DNA from: an uncultured delta proteobacterium
Lineage (GTDB): Bacteria > Desulfobacterota > RBG-13-43-22
Length of the DNA: 64,000 bases
Direction: 5' to 3'
Assembly: GCA_963843145.1 (NCBI GenBank)
Contig: CAWJJC010000020.1
Location: forward strand, 480,001 to 544,000
Program-made: the position numbers and the translations under genes
The notes under the pieces: model-generated
Databases searched by the model: none
Told to the model about the DNA's origin: nothing
What the model saw: the letters and a program-made list of their open reading frames with translations, nothing else
Shown: positions 50,901 through 60,383 of the stretch, piece after piece
Layout: each line of letters begins with the position of its first letter
How positions within the stretch are numbered: position 1 is the first letter of the stretch

Positions 50901-52386
50901 GCGTGAACTCGCTGCCGGAAATCGGTTCCGGACGCCGCCGGCCGCTGCGGTCCGGCTCGCCGAGCCGCATTCGCAGGCATTCGATGGCCTTGACCCGGCC
51001 GCCTGCGGCGATAACCCGGACCGGATTGGTCAGGGTCAGGATCTCGATTCCTTCTTCCCGGCACTCTTCGATCTCTTCGGCATTGGCCGGCATCTCGTCC
51101 AGGCTGCGCCGGTAGACAATAAAGGGCCGGGCGCTGCCGGTGCGCCGGGCAGTGCGCACCGCATCCATGGCCACGTTGCCGCCGCCGATGACGGCTACCC
51201 GATCGCCCAGATTGACCCGCTTGCCGAGATTGACTTCCCGCAGGAATTCGATCCCCGGATAAACCCCCTTCAAGTCTTCGCCTTCAATTCCCAAGGCCTT
51301 GCACAAATGGGAACCGATCCCCAGGAAAAAGGCCTTATACCCCTGCCGACGCAGCTCACCGATAGTAAAGTCCCTGCCGATCTCCACGCCGGTTTTGAAC
51401 TCGACGCCCAGGGCCCGAATGGTCTCTATTTCGGCCTCGATGATGGAACGGGGCAGCCGGTAGGCGGGAATGCCCACGGTGAGCATGCCCCCGAGAACGG
51501 GCAGCTTTTCAAACACCGTGACCGAATACCCCTCGAGGGCCAGGAAATAGGCGCAGGTCAAACCGGCCGGTCCGGCGCCGATGACGGCCACTTTCTCCGA
51601 CCGGGGGTCTTTTTTCGGCGGCAGGAACGGTACACCGCTCTCCTGGTCCCAATCGGCCAGAAACCGGTGCAGATTCATGATCGCCAGAGGTTCGTCGACC
51701 GCCTGGCGGGTACAGGCCCCCTCACAGGGATGGTGGCAGACGCGGCCGCAGACCCCGGGGAAGGGGTGATCTTTCTTGAACAGCTCTACGGCTTCCCGAT
51801 ATTTGCCAGCGTTGGTCAGGGCGATGTATCCCTGAACGCTCACGTGGGCCGGGCAGGTCGCCCGGCAGGGGGCGGTGCCGCGCTTGGTGATGGCGTAGCC
51901 GCCGGGGATGGCCTGAGCGTACTTCTTAAAGGCCGCCTTTCGCCGGGAAAGGCCCTGGTCATACTCGTTGGGCAGCTCGATGGGGCAGACTTTGGCGCAC
52001 TCCCCGCAACTGGTGCACTTGGAAAGGTCCACGAAGCGGGGTTGCTGCCGGAGTTGGGCTTTGAAATTTCCAGGTTTTCCTTCCAATCCCAGTACCTCGG
52101 TATTGGTCAGAAGTTCGATGTTCAGGTGCCGGCCGACCTCGACCAGTTTGGGCGAGATAATTCACATGGCGCAGTCGTTGGTGGGAAAGGTCTTGTCCAA
52201 CTGCGACATCAATCCCCCGATGGCCGATGAATTTTCCACCAGGTAGACGTAGTATCCGGAGTTGGCCAGGTCCAGCGCGGACTGCATCCCGGCGATACCC
52301 CCGCCAACCACCATCACCGCTCCGACGGGATCCGGGCGTTCACTATCCGGGACCGCCGTCAATCCTCTTTGATCCTTTGATTCCAT
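47906..52386 (-). CDS. HdrL-type large HdrA with GltD-like pyridine-nucleotide domain insert, predicted selenoprotein; two +1 frameshifts near 50265-50315
   Basis: Three track ORFs join into one gene. [19 protein letters not shown] (TGA 52164-52162) is in frame with 50269..52086, which carries [16 protein letters not shown] and GGGNVAMD. The C-terminal HdrA modules are in 47906..50272. Confidence 0.85.
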
Positions 52387-52398
52387 AGGTCCTTGCCT

Positions 52399-53268
52399 CT
52401 AAAATTTTTCGATGATTTCCGGCAACTTGTGCTCCCACCCCAGGGTGGAAAGATAAACACCGCTGTACCCTTGTCTCTTGAGATCCGCCACCGTATCCGC
52501 CGCAATCTGGACGCATTCCCGCACCTTATCCGGGGCGGCCGCAATCCGGTCGACGATGGCCTCCGGCATGTAAACATGCGGCAGGTTTTTGGCGATATAG
52601 CGGGCCATCCCCAGGGACTTGAGGAGCAACACCGTAGGAAAGAGCACGACGCTGCGGCGGTCGATCCTTTTTTGGTACGGTTCAAGAAGGGCGGGGTCGA
52701 AAATGGGCGTAGTGATAAAGAACCGCGCACCGACCGCGGCCCGTTTCAGGATCTCCTCCAGCTCCACTTCCGTCGATTTTCCTTTGGATCCCGCTTCGGC
52801 GGTGGTGCCGATCAAAAAATCCGGCGCACCGGATAGTTCGATGCCGGCCATGTCCCGCCCCTCCCGGAGTCGGTCGATGACCCCGATCAGGGTGATCAGA
52901 TCGATGTCGTAAACGGAACGGGCCTGGTGGTGATCCCCGTAGCTGGGGTCCTCTCCGGCGACGGCCATGACGGTAGTGATCCCCAGGGCGTAAGCCGCCA
53001 GCAGATCACCCTGAAGAGCCAGACGGTTGCGGTCCCGGCAGCAGATCTGGAAGATCGTCGGCAGACCTTCGTTTTGCAAAACCATCGCCCCGCCCAGGGA
53101 CCCCATACGCATGACGGCATTGCTCATTTCCGGCACGACGAAGGCATCGACCCCATCTTTAACCCTTTTGGCATTGGTCACCATCTCGGAGACGTCCACC
53201 CCTTTTGGCGGTTCCATTTCTGCCAAAACGACAAATTCCCCTTCCTCGATTTTGTGCTTTAAACGCAT
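52399..53268 (-). CDS. Divergent MetF-like (MTHFR family) protein
   Basis: AEMEPPKG, CRDRNRLALQGDL, GARFFIT, LGWE; clear paralog of 45866-46798. Confidence 0.85.
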   Translation of the reverse strand: MRLKHKIEEGEFVVLAEMEPPKGVDVSEMVTNAKRVKDGVDAFVVPEMSNAVMRMGSLGGAMVLQNEGLPTIFQICCRDRNRLALQGDLLAAYALGITTVMAVAGEDPSYGDHHQARSVYDIDLITLIGVIDRLREGRDMAGIELSGAPDFLIGTTAEAGSKGKSTEVELEEILKRAAVGARFFITTPIFDPALLEPYQKRIDRRSVVLFPTVLLLKSLGMARYIAKNLPHVYMPEAIVDRIAAAPDKVRECVQIAADTVADLKRQGYSGVYLSTLGWEHKLPEIIEKF

Positions 53269-53339
53269 CGGCCTGCCTCCGAAGCCAAAAATTTTCCAAA
53301 TTTTTGGCTGAAATAAAATATCCAGCTTAAAATTTAATT

Positions 53340-53355
53340 GGCAACAAATATGCCA
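53340..53355 (-). promoter_or_regulatory. Sigma-54 -24/-12 promoter for the metF'-hdrL operon
   Basis: Minus strand reads TGGCATATTTGTTGCC (GG-N10-GC), ~70 bp upstream of the ATG. Confidence 0.75.
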
Positions 53356-53454
53356 CTATCCAGGCAAGGAGGAGTACGAAATATTTATCTAACTAATTCA
53401 ACATGTTAAAAAAATATCGGTCAGCTTTGGTTAGCCGTTGAAAAATTTATTGGA

Positions 53455-53549
53455 CTATGCCATTATGGCCTAGGCGCTTTCAATTTTATTTAATATCAAA
53501 AGGTTAACATATCTATTCCATTATGGCCTATTCCATTATGGCCTAGGCG
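53455..53549. promoter_or_regulatory. Triple direct repeat (candidate UAS) with IHF-consensus site
   Basis: CTAT(G/T)CCATTATGGC at 53455, 53513 and 53528; TATCAA-AAGG-TTA at 53494-53506. Confidence 0.6.
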
Positions 53550-53615
53550 GGAGAGTGAAAGCCCTCTCCCGCCGACCAGAAAGTCGTTTTTTTGCTTTTT
53601 GCAAGGTTATAAAAT

Positions 53616-54989
53616 ATGACCGGACGGATATTGATCGTCGACGATGATTGGGACTTCCTCGAATTGATGAAGGCACGGTTGACCGGGGCCGGGTTTCAAC
53701 ACGTGCGAATCGAAGACGACCCTTTGAAAGCGGCAGTCTTGATTCAAACCGGAGAAGTGTTCGACATCGCCCTGATCGACATGACCATGCCGGAGATGAA
53801 CGGGCTGGAGTTGCTGGACCTGGTCAAAAACAACAGCCCCCGGACCGAATGCATCATGGTTACGGCCGTGAACGATGTGCGCATAGCCGTTCGCTGCCTT
53901 AGAAAAGGGGCCTACGATTATCTGGTCAAGCCGATCAGCGAAGAGGATCTCGTTTTTTCACTCAGGCGGACCCTCGAAAAAAAAAGGCTTCTGGAGATTC
54001 TGGACCTGGAAAAAAGCAGGGCCTTGCCGGTTTTGTCTCATCCCGAAGCCTTTCAGGCCATCATCACCCGGTCACCGGGGATGCTGCGGCTGCTGAAAGA
54101 GGCCGAGCTGCATAGCGGCAGCGAGGTGCCCATTCTCATTACGGGGGAAAGCGGCACCGGCAAGGAACTTCTGGCCCGGGCCATTCACGCCGTCAGTCCG
54201 CGTGCCCGGTATCCGTTCATGCCGGTCAACATGGCAGCGGTCAGCGCCACCCTGTTTGAAGCCGAATTTTTTGGTCACACCCGGGGCGCCTTTACCGGCG
54301 CGGAGAAGGAACGGCTGGGCTACCTGAAACATGCCAATCATGGAACGTTGTTTTTGGATGAAATCGGCAATCTACCCCAGGAGATGCAGGGCAAGCTGTT
54401 GCGGGTTCTTCAGGATGGTGAATACACCCCGGTGGGCTCCAGCCTCAGCCAAAAGGTGGACGTACGCATCGTGGCCGCCACCAATGAAGATCTGGAAGAA
54501 TTGATATCCAAGAAACTTTTTCGCAAGGACCTATACTACCGGATCCGGGGTGGATGGCTGCACCTGCCGCCACTCCGGGAAAGGCCGGAAGACATCCCCC
54601 TGTTGGTGGACCATTTTCTAGATGAATTCTGCCCCCCGGCCCTGCGCTGCCGGATCGATGAAGAGGCCCTCGCCCTTCTCCGGCAATACCCCTATCCGGG
54701 GAACATTCGGGAACTACGCTCCGTCATCCAATCCGCCGTCAATCTTGCCCAAGGCGGGGCCATCACCTCCGGCCTGCTGCCGGCCCCGTTCCGGGAAAAT
54801 CAAAAACCGCGGCCTGCCAGTCCCCCGGACGATGATCTTGCCGCCGGCCTAACCCTGGCCGACATGGAAAAGGCCTATCTCCTCAAGGTCTACCGGCAGT
54901 TGAAACAAAACAAATCCCAAACCGCCCGCCGGTTGGGAATCGGTCTGAACACCCTGCGAAGGAAATTGAAGGATTTCGGGGTCACCTGA
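53616..54989 (+). CDS. Sigma-54-dependent response regulator (NtrC family)
   Basis: REC, GESGTGKE, GAFTGA, FLDEI, PGNIREL, HTH NKSQTARRLGIGLNTLRRKL. Confidence 0.95.
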   Translation: MTGRILIVDDDWDFLELMKARLTGAGFQHVRIEDDPLKAAVLIQTGEVFDIALIDMTMPEMNGLELLDLVKNNSPRTECIMVTAVNDVRIAVRCLRKGAYDYLVKPISEEDLVFSLRRTLEKKRLLEILDLEKSRALPVLSHPEAFQAIITRSPGMLRLLKEAELHSGSEVPILITGESGTGKELLARAIHAVSPRARYPFMPVNMAAVSATLFEAEFFGHTRGAFTGAEKERLGYLKHANHGTLFLDEIGNLPQEMQGKLLRVLQDGEYTPVGSSLSQKVDVRIVAATNEDLEELISKKLFRKDLYYRIRGGWLHLPPLRERPEDIPLLVDHFLDEFCPPALRCRIDEEALALLRQYPYPGNIRELRSVIQSAVNLAQGGAITSGLLPAPFRENQKPRPASPPDDDLAAGLTLADMEKAYLLKVYRQLKQNKSQTARRLGIGLNTLRRKLKDFGVT

Positions 54990-55134
54990 TCGGCGGGTTT
55001 AATACAAAAGTAAAAGTCAGAACAAGTGGATACGGTATGGGACCAATGGTCAACGACTCTCTGATCGTCGCCCTGATGGAGGAAACAGGAATTATTTATT
55101 TGGCAACTAGCGATGCCAGTATTCAGTTGTATAA

Positions 55135-55191
55135 AATAGCTTCCTGTACTCCTTCTATTAAAAATTTACCAAAACTGCCAGATTTCGAACG
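55135..55191 (+). repeat. Bipartite motif A (second copy 60103-60159)
   Basis: AATAGCTTCCTGTA-N26-CTGCCAGATTTC(G/A)AACG, same spacer length in both copies. Confidence 0.75.
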
Positions 55192-55566
55192 CTATTCGTT
55201 AACGAGGTGGTGAGAGACTCAACCTCCCGTAGGACTTCGTTTTTTTAAGAAGTCTCCCCTTACCGTCTCGGTTCTTCAAGCTCCCCGGCTTTGGCAAAGG
55301 TTTTAGGGATCCGCCACCCGGAAACCCCACAAAAATAAAGTCTTTTCAATCAAAAAATACACTGTTTACCTTATTGCTATCTTTTAATTGATATCGTTAC
55401 GTAAGATCTTAGGGGCATGAAATCCAAGATTTTTCAAGGGATAGCTTAAAAGTCTAATTCCCTTGTGCCTCAATTTGGGACGTCGTTCCGAAATGTTCCC
55501 ACCTGTTAGTCAAACCAAATGATCAGCCGGTAGGTTTTGAATTGAACGGAGCGAAAAGGAGAGAAG

Positions 55567-56821
55567 ATGAAAATCAAGAATTTCAGATTCCCGACGCTTT
55601 TAACGACTGGATTGATGCTGGCCTTGCTTTGGTCCGCGCCTGTCCAGGCCGATGGTGTGGTCACCAATTGCAGCGACGACGTCCAGTTCAGCAAGCTAAT
55701 GTCCGGCGGCGGGACCGTTACGTTTAGCTGCGGTACGGCACTGATCAACCTGAACAGCACCCAGATCATCCCCCCTGCCGCCAATACGACGATTGACGGC
55801 GGCGGGCAGATCACGCTGAGCGGGCAGAACGCGCGGCAGTTGTTTGTTGTCAGCACCGGGGCCTCGCTGACGCTGTGCGATATTGTGCTGACGAACGGCT
55901 TTAGCGGCGGTGACGCCGGGGCGATCTTGAATGACATAGGCGGAGTGTTAATCCTGGAGAACAGCGCCATCCGGGACAGCAACGCCGGCCTTAGTGGCGG
56001 CGCGATAGTCAGCTACGGACCGCTGACCATTACCAACAGCCGCTTGGAAGGCAACCGGGCGCTCAACGGCGGTGCTTTGTATCCGCGTTTTGCCGGTGCA
56101 GCAACGAAGATCGTCAACAGTGTGCTGCGGGATAACCACGCCACGGACACGACCACCAATGGCTGGGGCGGGGCCATCCTGGCCTGGGATGGGGCGCGGG
56201 TGACGATTGAGGGCAGCGAGATCTTCAGCAACAGTGCGCAATATGGCGGTGGTATCTACAACAACCTCCTCAACTCGTCGGTCACTCTCAACGGAAGCAC
56301 ACTTCATGACAACACGGGGCGGCATCTACAACTTCGGCGCCACGGCGACGCTGACCAACGTCACGCTTAGCGGCAACTGGGCAACCTACCACGGCGGCGG
56401 CATATACCATTATGGCGGTACTGGTCAGACGATCACACTCAAGAACACCATCGTCGCAAAAGGCAGTTCGGGTGAAAACCGCGACATAGAACCTGGCAGT
56501 GTGACGAGCATCACATCGAACAACTACAATCTCTCCAGCGATGATTCGTGCACGCTGTACTTTAATCAGGGTCACGACCAGAACAATCAGTCCGCACAAC
56601 TCGGACCGCTCGCAAACAGCGGCGGATCCACACTGACACAATTGCCGCTGCCGCCTATCAAGAACGGCATCGGTCCGATTGATAATGGCACACGCCCTAA
56701 CGGATCGTTTGACCAACGCGGCGTGTCGCGACCACAAGGCGCGGCGTGTGATATCGGCGCCGTGGGGTACCGCACGGGTGAAGAGTTGCTGAAACTGTAT
56801 CTGCCGCTGATTGTGCGATAA
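55567..56821 (+). pseudogene. Secreted Pmp-repeat/beta-helix (choice-of-anchor Q-like) protein 1, frameshifted near 56317
   Basis: Signal peptide, GGAI repeats, LGPLANSGG...DQRG...CDIGA, C-terminus LYLPLIVR; split over two frames. Confidence 0.8.
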
Positions 56822-56835
56822 ATTCACCCGGTGTT

Positions 56836-56869
56836 ACTGGGAATCGGCAATGCCGGTTCCCAGTTTTTT
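56836..56869 (+). terminator. Intrinsic terminator
   Basis: ACTGGGAATCGGC-aat-GCCGGTTCCCAGT followed by a T-run. Confidence 0.8.
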
Positions 56870-56934
56870 ACGCCGGTTAGTGTTCCACGCGGACGTGGAG
56901 TATAATAAACCATTTCACCGAGGGGGAAAACAAA

Positions 56935-57024
56935 ATGAATCTACATCACTTGCTCCATGCGCCGGGAAGGCGATGGATGATTCTGTTGACATTTGCTATC
57001 TCGGCGCTCGCCGAATCCGACTGA
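56935..57024 (+). pseudogene. Orphan signal-peptide-like mini-ORF (29 aa)
   Basis: TATAAT at 56901, GAGGGGG RBS, MNLHHLLHAPGRRWMILLTFAISALAESD*. Confidence 0.4.
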
Positions 57025-57085
57025 GATGCTCGTGGTGCATAACCTCGGAACGCAGTAAACGTGTGAACAATTTCAGGAGGGATAA

Positions 57086-58864
57086 ATGAACACACACATC
57101 TTTCGATTTCTTTTCAGCAGAAGATCTGCGTTGATGATCGCATTGTTGCTGTTCCTAAAACCGACACCGGCGCTGGCTGGCGGCGTCGTCGGCAGCGGAA
57201 CGCCGGGCAGTTGCACCGAATCGGCGCTCGACAGCGCTTTAGCCGGCGGCGGGAGTGTAACTTTTAACTGCGGCGGAGCGGCGTCCATTCTCATTCAAAG
57301 TGTCAAGGTCATTAGCCAGACCACGACGATTGATGGCGGCAGTCAAATCACGCTGACTGGCAATCTCACCACACGCCTGTTCACGAATAGCGCGACTTTG
57401 ACGCTGCAAAATATCATCCTCGACCGCGCTGGCAGCACGGGCTCGGATGGCGGCGCGATTACCAACAGCGGCACGTTGAATTTGCAGAACAGCACGATTC
57501 AGAATAGCCAGACCGATAACAATCACAGCGGCGGCGCGATTTTCAGTTCAGGTCCGGTGAACATCAGCAACAGCACCTTGAAGAATAACACCGGCGGCAG
57601 CGCGGGGGCGATGTTCATAAATAGTGCGCTTGCAGTCGCGCGAATCAGTAACAGTACGTTCAGCAACAACAAAACGACAAATACGATCACCGGCTTTGGC
57701 GGCGCCATCTGGGTGGGCGAGCAAGCGCAAGTCTCCATCACGGGCGGCGCGATCATCAGCAACTCGGCTCAATATGGCGGCGGCCTGTACCTATCCGCAA
57801 ACGCGACGGTCACACTCTCGTCCGCGGGCGCACCGGCGATTGTCGCTGGCAATTCAGCGACGACTTCCGGCGGTGGTGTCGACAACAGTGGTGGCCATGT
57901 GACGCTGACGAACGTCACGTTCAGCGGTAATTCGGCTGGATATGGCGGCGGTCTGACCAACGACCAGGTTAGCGGCATGGCGACCCTGACCAACGTAACG
58001 CTCAGCAGTAATTCCGCCGCCGTTGGCGGGGGCGGCATTTACAACAACCATGGCACGGCGATGTTGGCGAACGTCATCATCATCGGCAACGTGGTGACCA
58101 ACACTTTCGGCTCACCAACGTACGGCGGCGGCATTGAGAATTACGGCACGCTGACGCTGACCAACTCCACGCTGAGCGGCAACCTCGCAACCGGCAACTT
58201 CGGTGGGTTGTCTTTTGGCGGCGGCTTATACAACAACTTCTACACCAGCCAGGACACGGCGACAGTGATTAACTCCACCCTGAGCGGTAACTCAGCCTAT
58301 GCCGGCGGCGGCATTCTCAACGTTGGCACCCTCACGCTGACCAACTCCACCCTTAGTGCCAACTCGGCGACCACTACCGGCGGCGGCATTGAGAACTACC
58401 AAGGCACGGCGATGGTGATTAACGTCACGCTCAGCGGCAACTCGGCCAATACCGGCGGCGGCATCTTCCAACAGAGCCAGGCTCCCACTCAGACTATCAC
58501 TTTGAAGAACACAATATTGGTGAGCGGGCCGTCAGGCGCCAACTGCTACGAAGATCCATCGAGCATTGGTAGCCTCCTGTCGAATGGGTACAATCTCACC
58601 AGTGAGGGAACCTGCGCGCCGTATATCCACAACACCGGCGATGTGAACAACGAGAATCCCAATCTCGGACCGCTGGCCAATAATGGGGGGCCCACCTTGA
58701 CCCATATGCCCCAGGCCGGCAGTCCAGCCATTGACCACGGGTCCGAATGCCCGGCCTTCGACCAGCGCGGCGCCGCCCGGCCGGTGGGTCCGGCCTGCGA
58801 CATCGGCGCGGTCGAGTATGGAGTGCTCCTGCCAAGGCTGTATCTGCCGCTGATCTTAAAATAA
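57086..58864 (+). CDS. Secreted Pmp-repeat/beta-helix (choice-of-anchor Q-like) protein 2
   Basis: Signal peptide (…PALA), GGGI/TLSGN repeats, LGPLANNGGPTLTH, DQRG, CDIGAVEY, C-terminus LYLPLILK. Confidence 0.88.
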   Translation: MNTHIFRFLFSRRSALMIALLLFLKPTPALAGGVVGSGTPGSCTESALDSALAGGGSVTFNCGGAASILIQSVKVISQTTTIDGGSQITLTGNLTTRLFTNSATLTLQNIILDRAGSTGSDGGAITNSGTLNLQNSTIQNSQTDNNHSGGAIFSSGPVNISNSTLKNNTGGSAGAMFINSALAVARISNSTFSNNKTTNTITGFGGAIWVGEQAQVSITGGAIISNSAQYGGGLYLSANATVTLSSAGAPAIVAGNSATTSGGGVDNSGGHVTLTNVTFSGNSAGYGGGLTNDQVSGMATLTNVTLSSNSAAVGGGGIYNNHGTAMLANVIIIGNVVTNTFGSPTYGGGIENYGTLTLTNSTLSGNLATGNFGGLSFGGGLYNNFYTSQDTATVINSTLSGNSAYAGGGILNVGTLTLTNSTLSANSATTTGGGIENYQGTAMVINVTLSGNSANTGGGIFQQSQAPTQTITLKNTILVSGPSGANCYEDPSSIGSLLSNGYNLTSEGTCAPYIHNTGDVNNENPNLGPLANNGGPTLTHMPQAGSPAIDHGSECPAFDQRGAARPVGPACDIGAVEYGVLLPRLYLPLILK

Positions 58865-58927
58865 TTAAGCCAGGTCCGTTGCAAGGGCGATATAACGACA
58901 GACTATTTTCGAATAGATTTCGAACCA

Positions 58928-58974
58928 TAATCCTTAAATCTGGTGGATAATAAAAATCAGCAGTAGTAGGTGAA
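58928..58974 (+). repeat. Bipartite motif B (second copy 62107-62153)
   Basis: TAATCCTT-N21-TCA(G/A)CAGTAGTAGGTGAA, same spacer length in both copies. Confidence 0.75.
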
Positions 58975-59160
58975 TTCAATGAGGCCAGAAATATTATTTA
59001 AAATAAGGTAGTTATGGATTGGCCTCCGAGGATACATTCTCATTTCTTAGATTATTTTCAGGTCCCTTTTCCGACCATCCGGCAGACTTTTTATTTGCCT
59101 TTGAACTCTTCATAATGGGGGGACCCCCATTAATCTCCAATCCTACCAAGGAGGTACCGT

Positions 59161-60001
59161 ATGAAGACCAAAGAGGCCATTTCCTTGTTCCAAACTTATC
59201 AGAGGTCCAGTCATCGGAAAAGGACCCTCCAGAGCTATCTGCCGATGCTCAACCAGTTCAAGGCCCTGTACGGGGAAACGGTATTTGAAAATCTCGGGTC
59301 TGATGAGGTTATACCGCTTTCTGGAAAGCCTGACCCAGGGCCTGGCCCGATCAACCCGGAGACTCCGGTATGCCCAGCTCAAATCCTTTTTCAATTTTGT
59401 CATCAACCGGTGCGATCTGGACATAAAAAATCCTTGCAACACGTCGCTGCTCTCCAAGACCTTCCGGACCCCGAAACAGAGCCCCAGGAGAATTTTCGAA
59501 AAAGAGGCGATCCATGAGATTATCTACAACACCAAAAACCTCCGAGACCGGTTGATCCTGGAACTCCAGGCTCGCTGTGGGCTTCGGGTCGGGGAGTCTT
59601 TAAAGATCAAGGTATCGTATATCTCGGAGAGGAAAATAGTCCTCCGGGAGCCGGAGTCCGGGAAAGATGCCGAGGTGGCCTATATGCCGGAGCCGATTGC
59701 CAAGCGTTTGGAGGAATATGTCCGAACCCAAAAACTGGGGCCGGATGATCGTCTTTTCCCGGTTTCTTATTCAACGGTCAGGTCATTGATCAAAAGCCTT
59801 GGGTCCCAGCTTAAAATTTCGATCAGGCCCCATGACCTCCGGCGGCATTCGGCCACTTATGCCAGTCGAAATGGGGTCCCCTTGGAGATTGTTTCCAAGG
59901 TGATTTTGAGGCACCAGGACCTGAAGACCACCCAGGCCTATTTGGGCAGGGTGAGCGAGACGGAAGCCATCCGGTGGATGGACATCATTCACGGGAAGTA
60001 G
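59161..60001 (+). mobile_element. Tyrosine recombinase/integrase (~280 aa) with +1 frameshift near 59308
   Basis: AAGGAGG RBS; CGLRVGE, PHDLRRH, LRHQDLKTTQAY. The N-terminus is in ORF 59161 and the rest in ORF 59285. Confidence 0.85.
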
Positions 60002-60383
60002 GCAGGTTAACCTGTTGATTACCATTATAAATATGGAGGTTTTGGGGGTGTTTTTGAGGCGGCCTGGTGGAGGTTTTTAGGGAGACCGGGGGCTATCCGA
60101 ACAATAGCTTCCTGTAGTTTTGTTTTAGAATTATGGCCTGACCTGCCAGATTTCAAACGAAAATTATTAGTCATCACCCAAATAGACACGGTGAAGGTAT
60201 CCCCAGCTTTTTTCCACGAGCCTATCCCTACCAGGATCAATAAAATACTCTTTTTGCCTTATTGACATTGAGTCTTTCCCGATCAATAATTCATTAATAT
60301 TATGAAGATACTAATATTTCCAGGTTAGGGGTCCTGCTGTAAGTTTGAATAAACCACTATTGAGCGATGGAGGCCTGTCAGCG

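Noticed and set aside
55101-55118. TGGCA...TGCCA as a sigma-54 promoter
   Set aside because: GG-to-GC spacing is 11, not the required 10.
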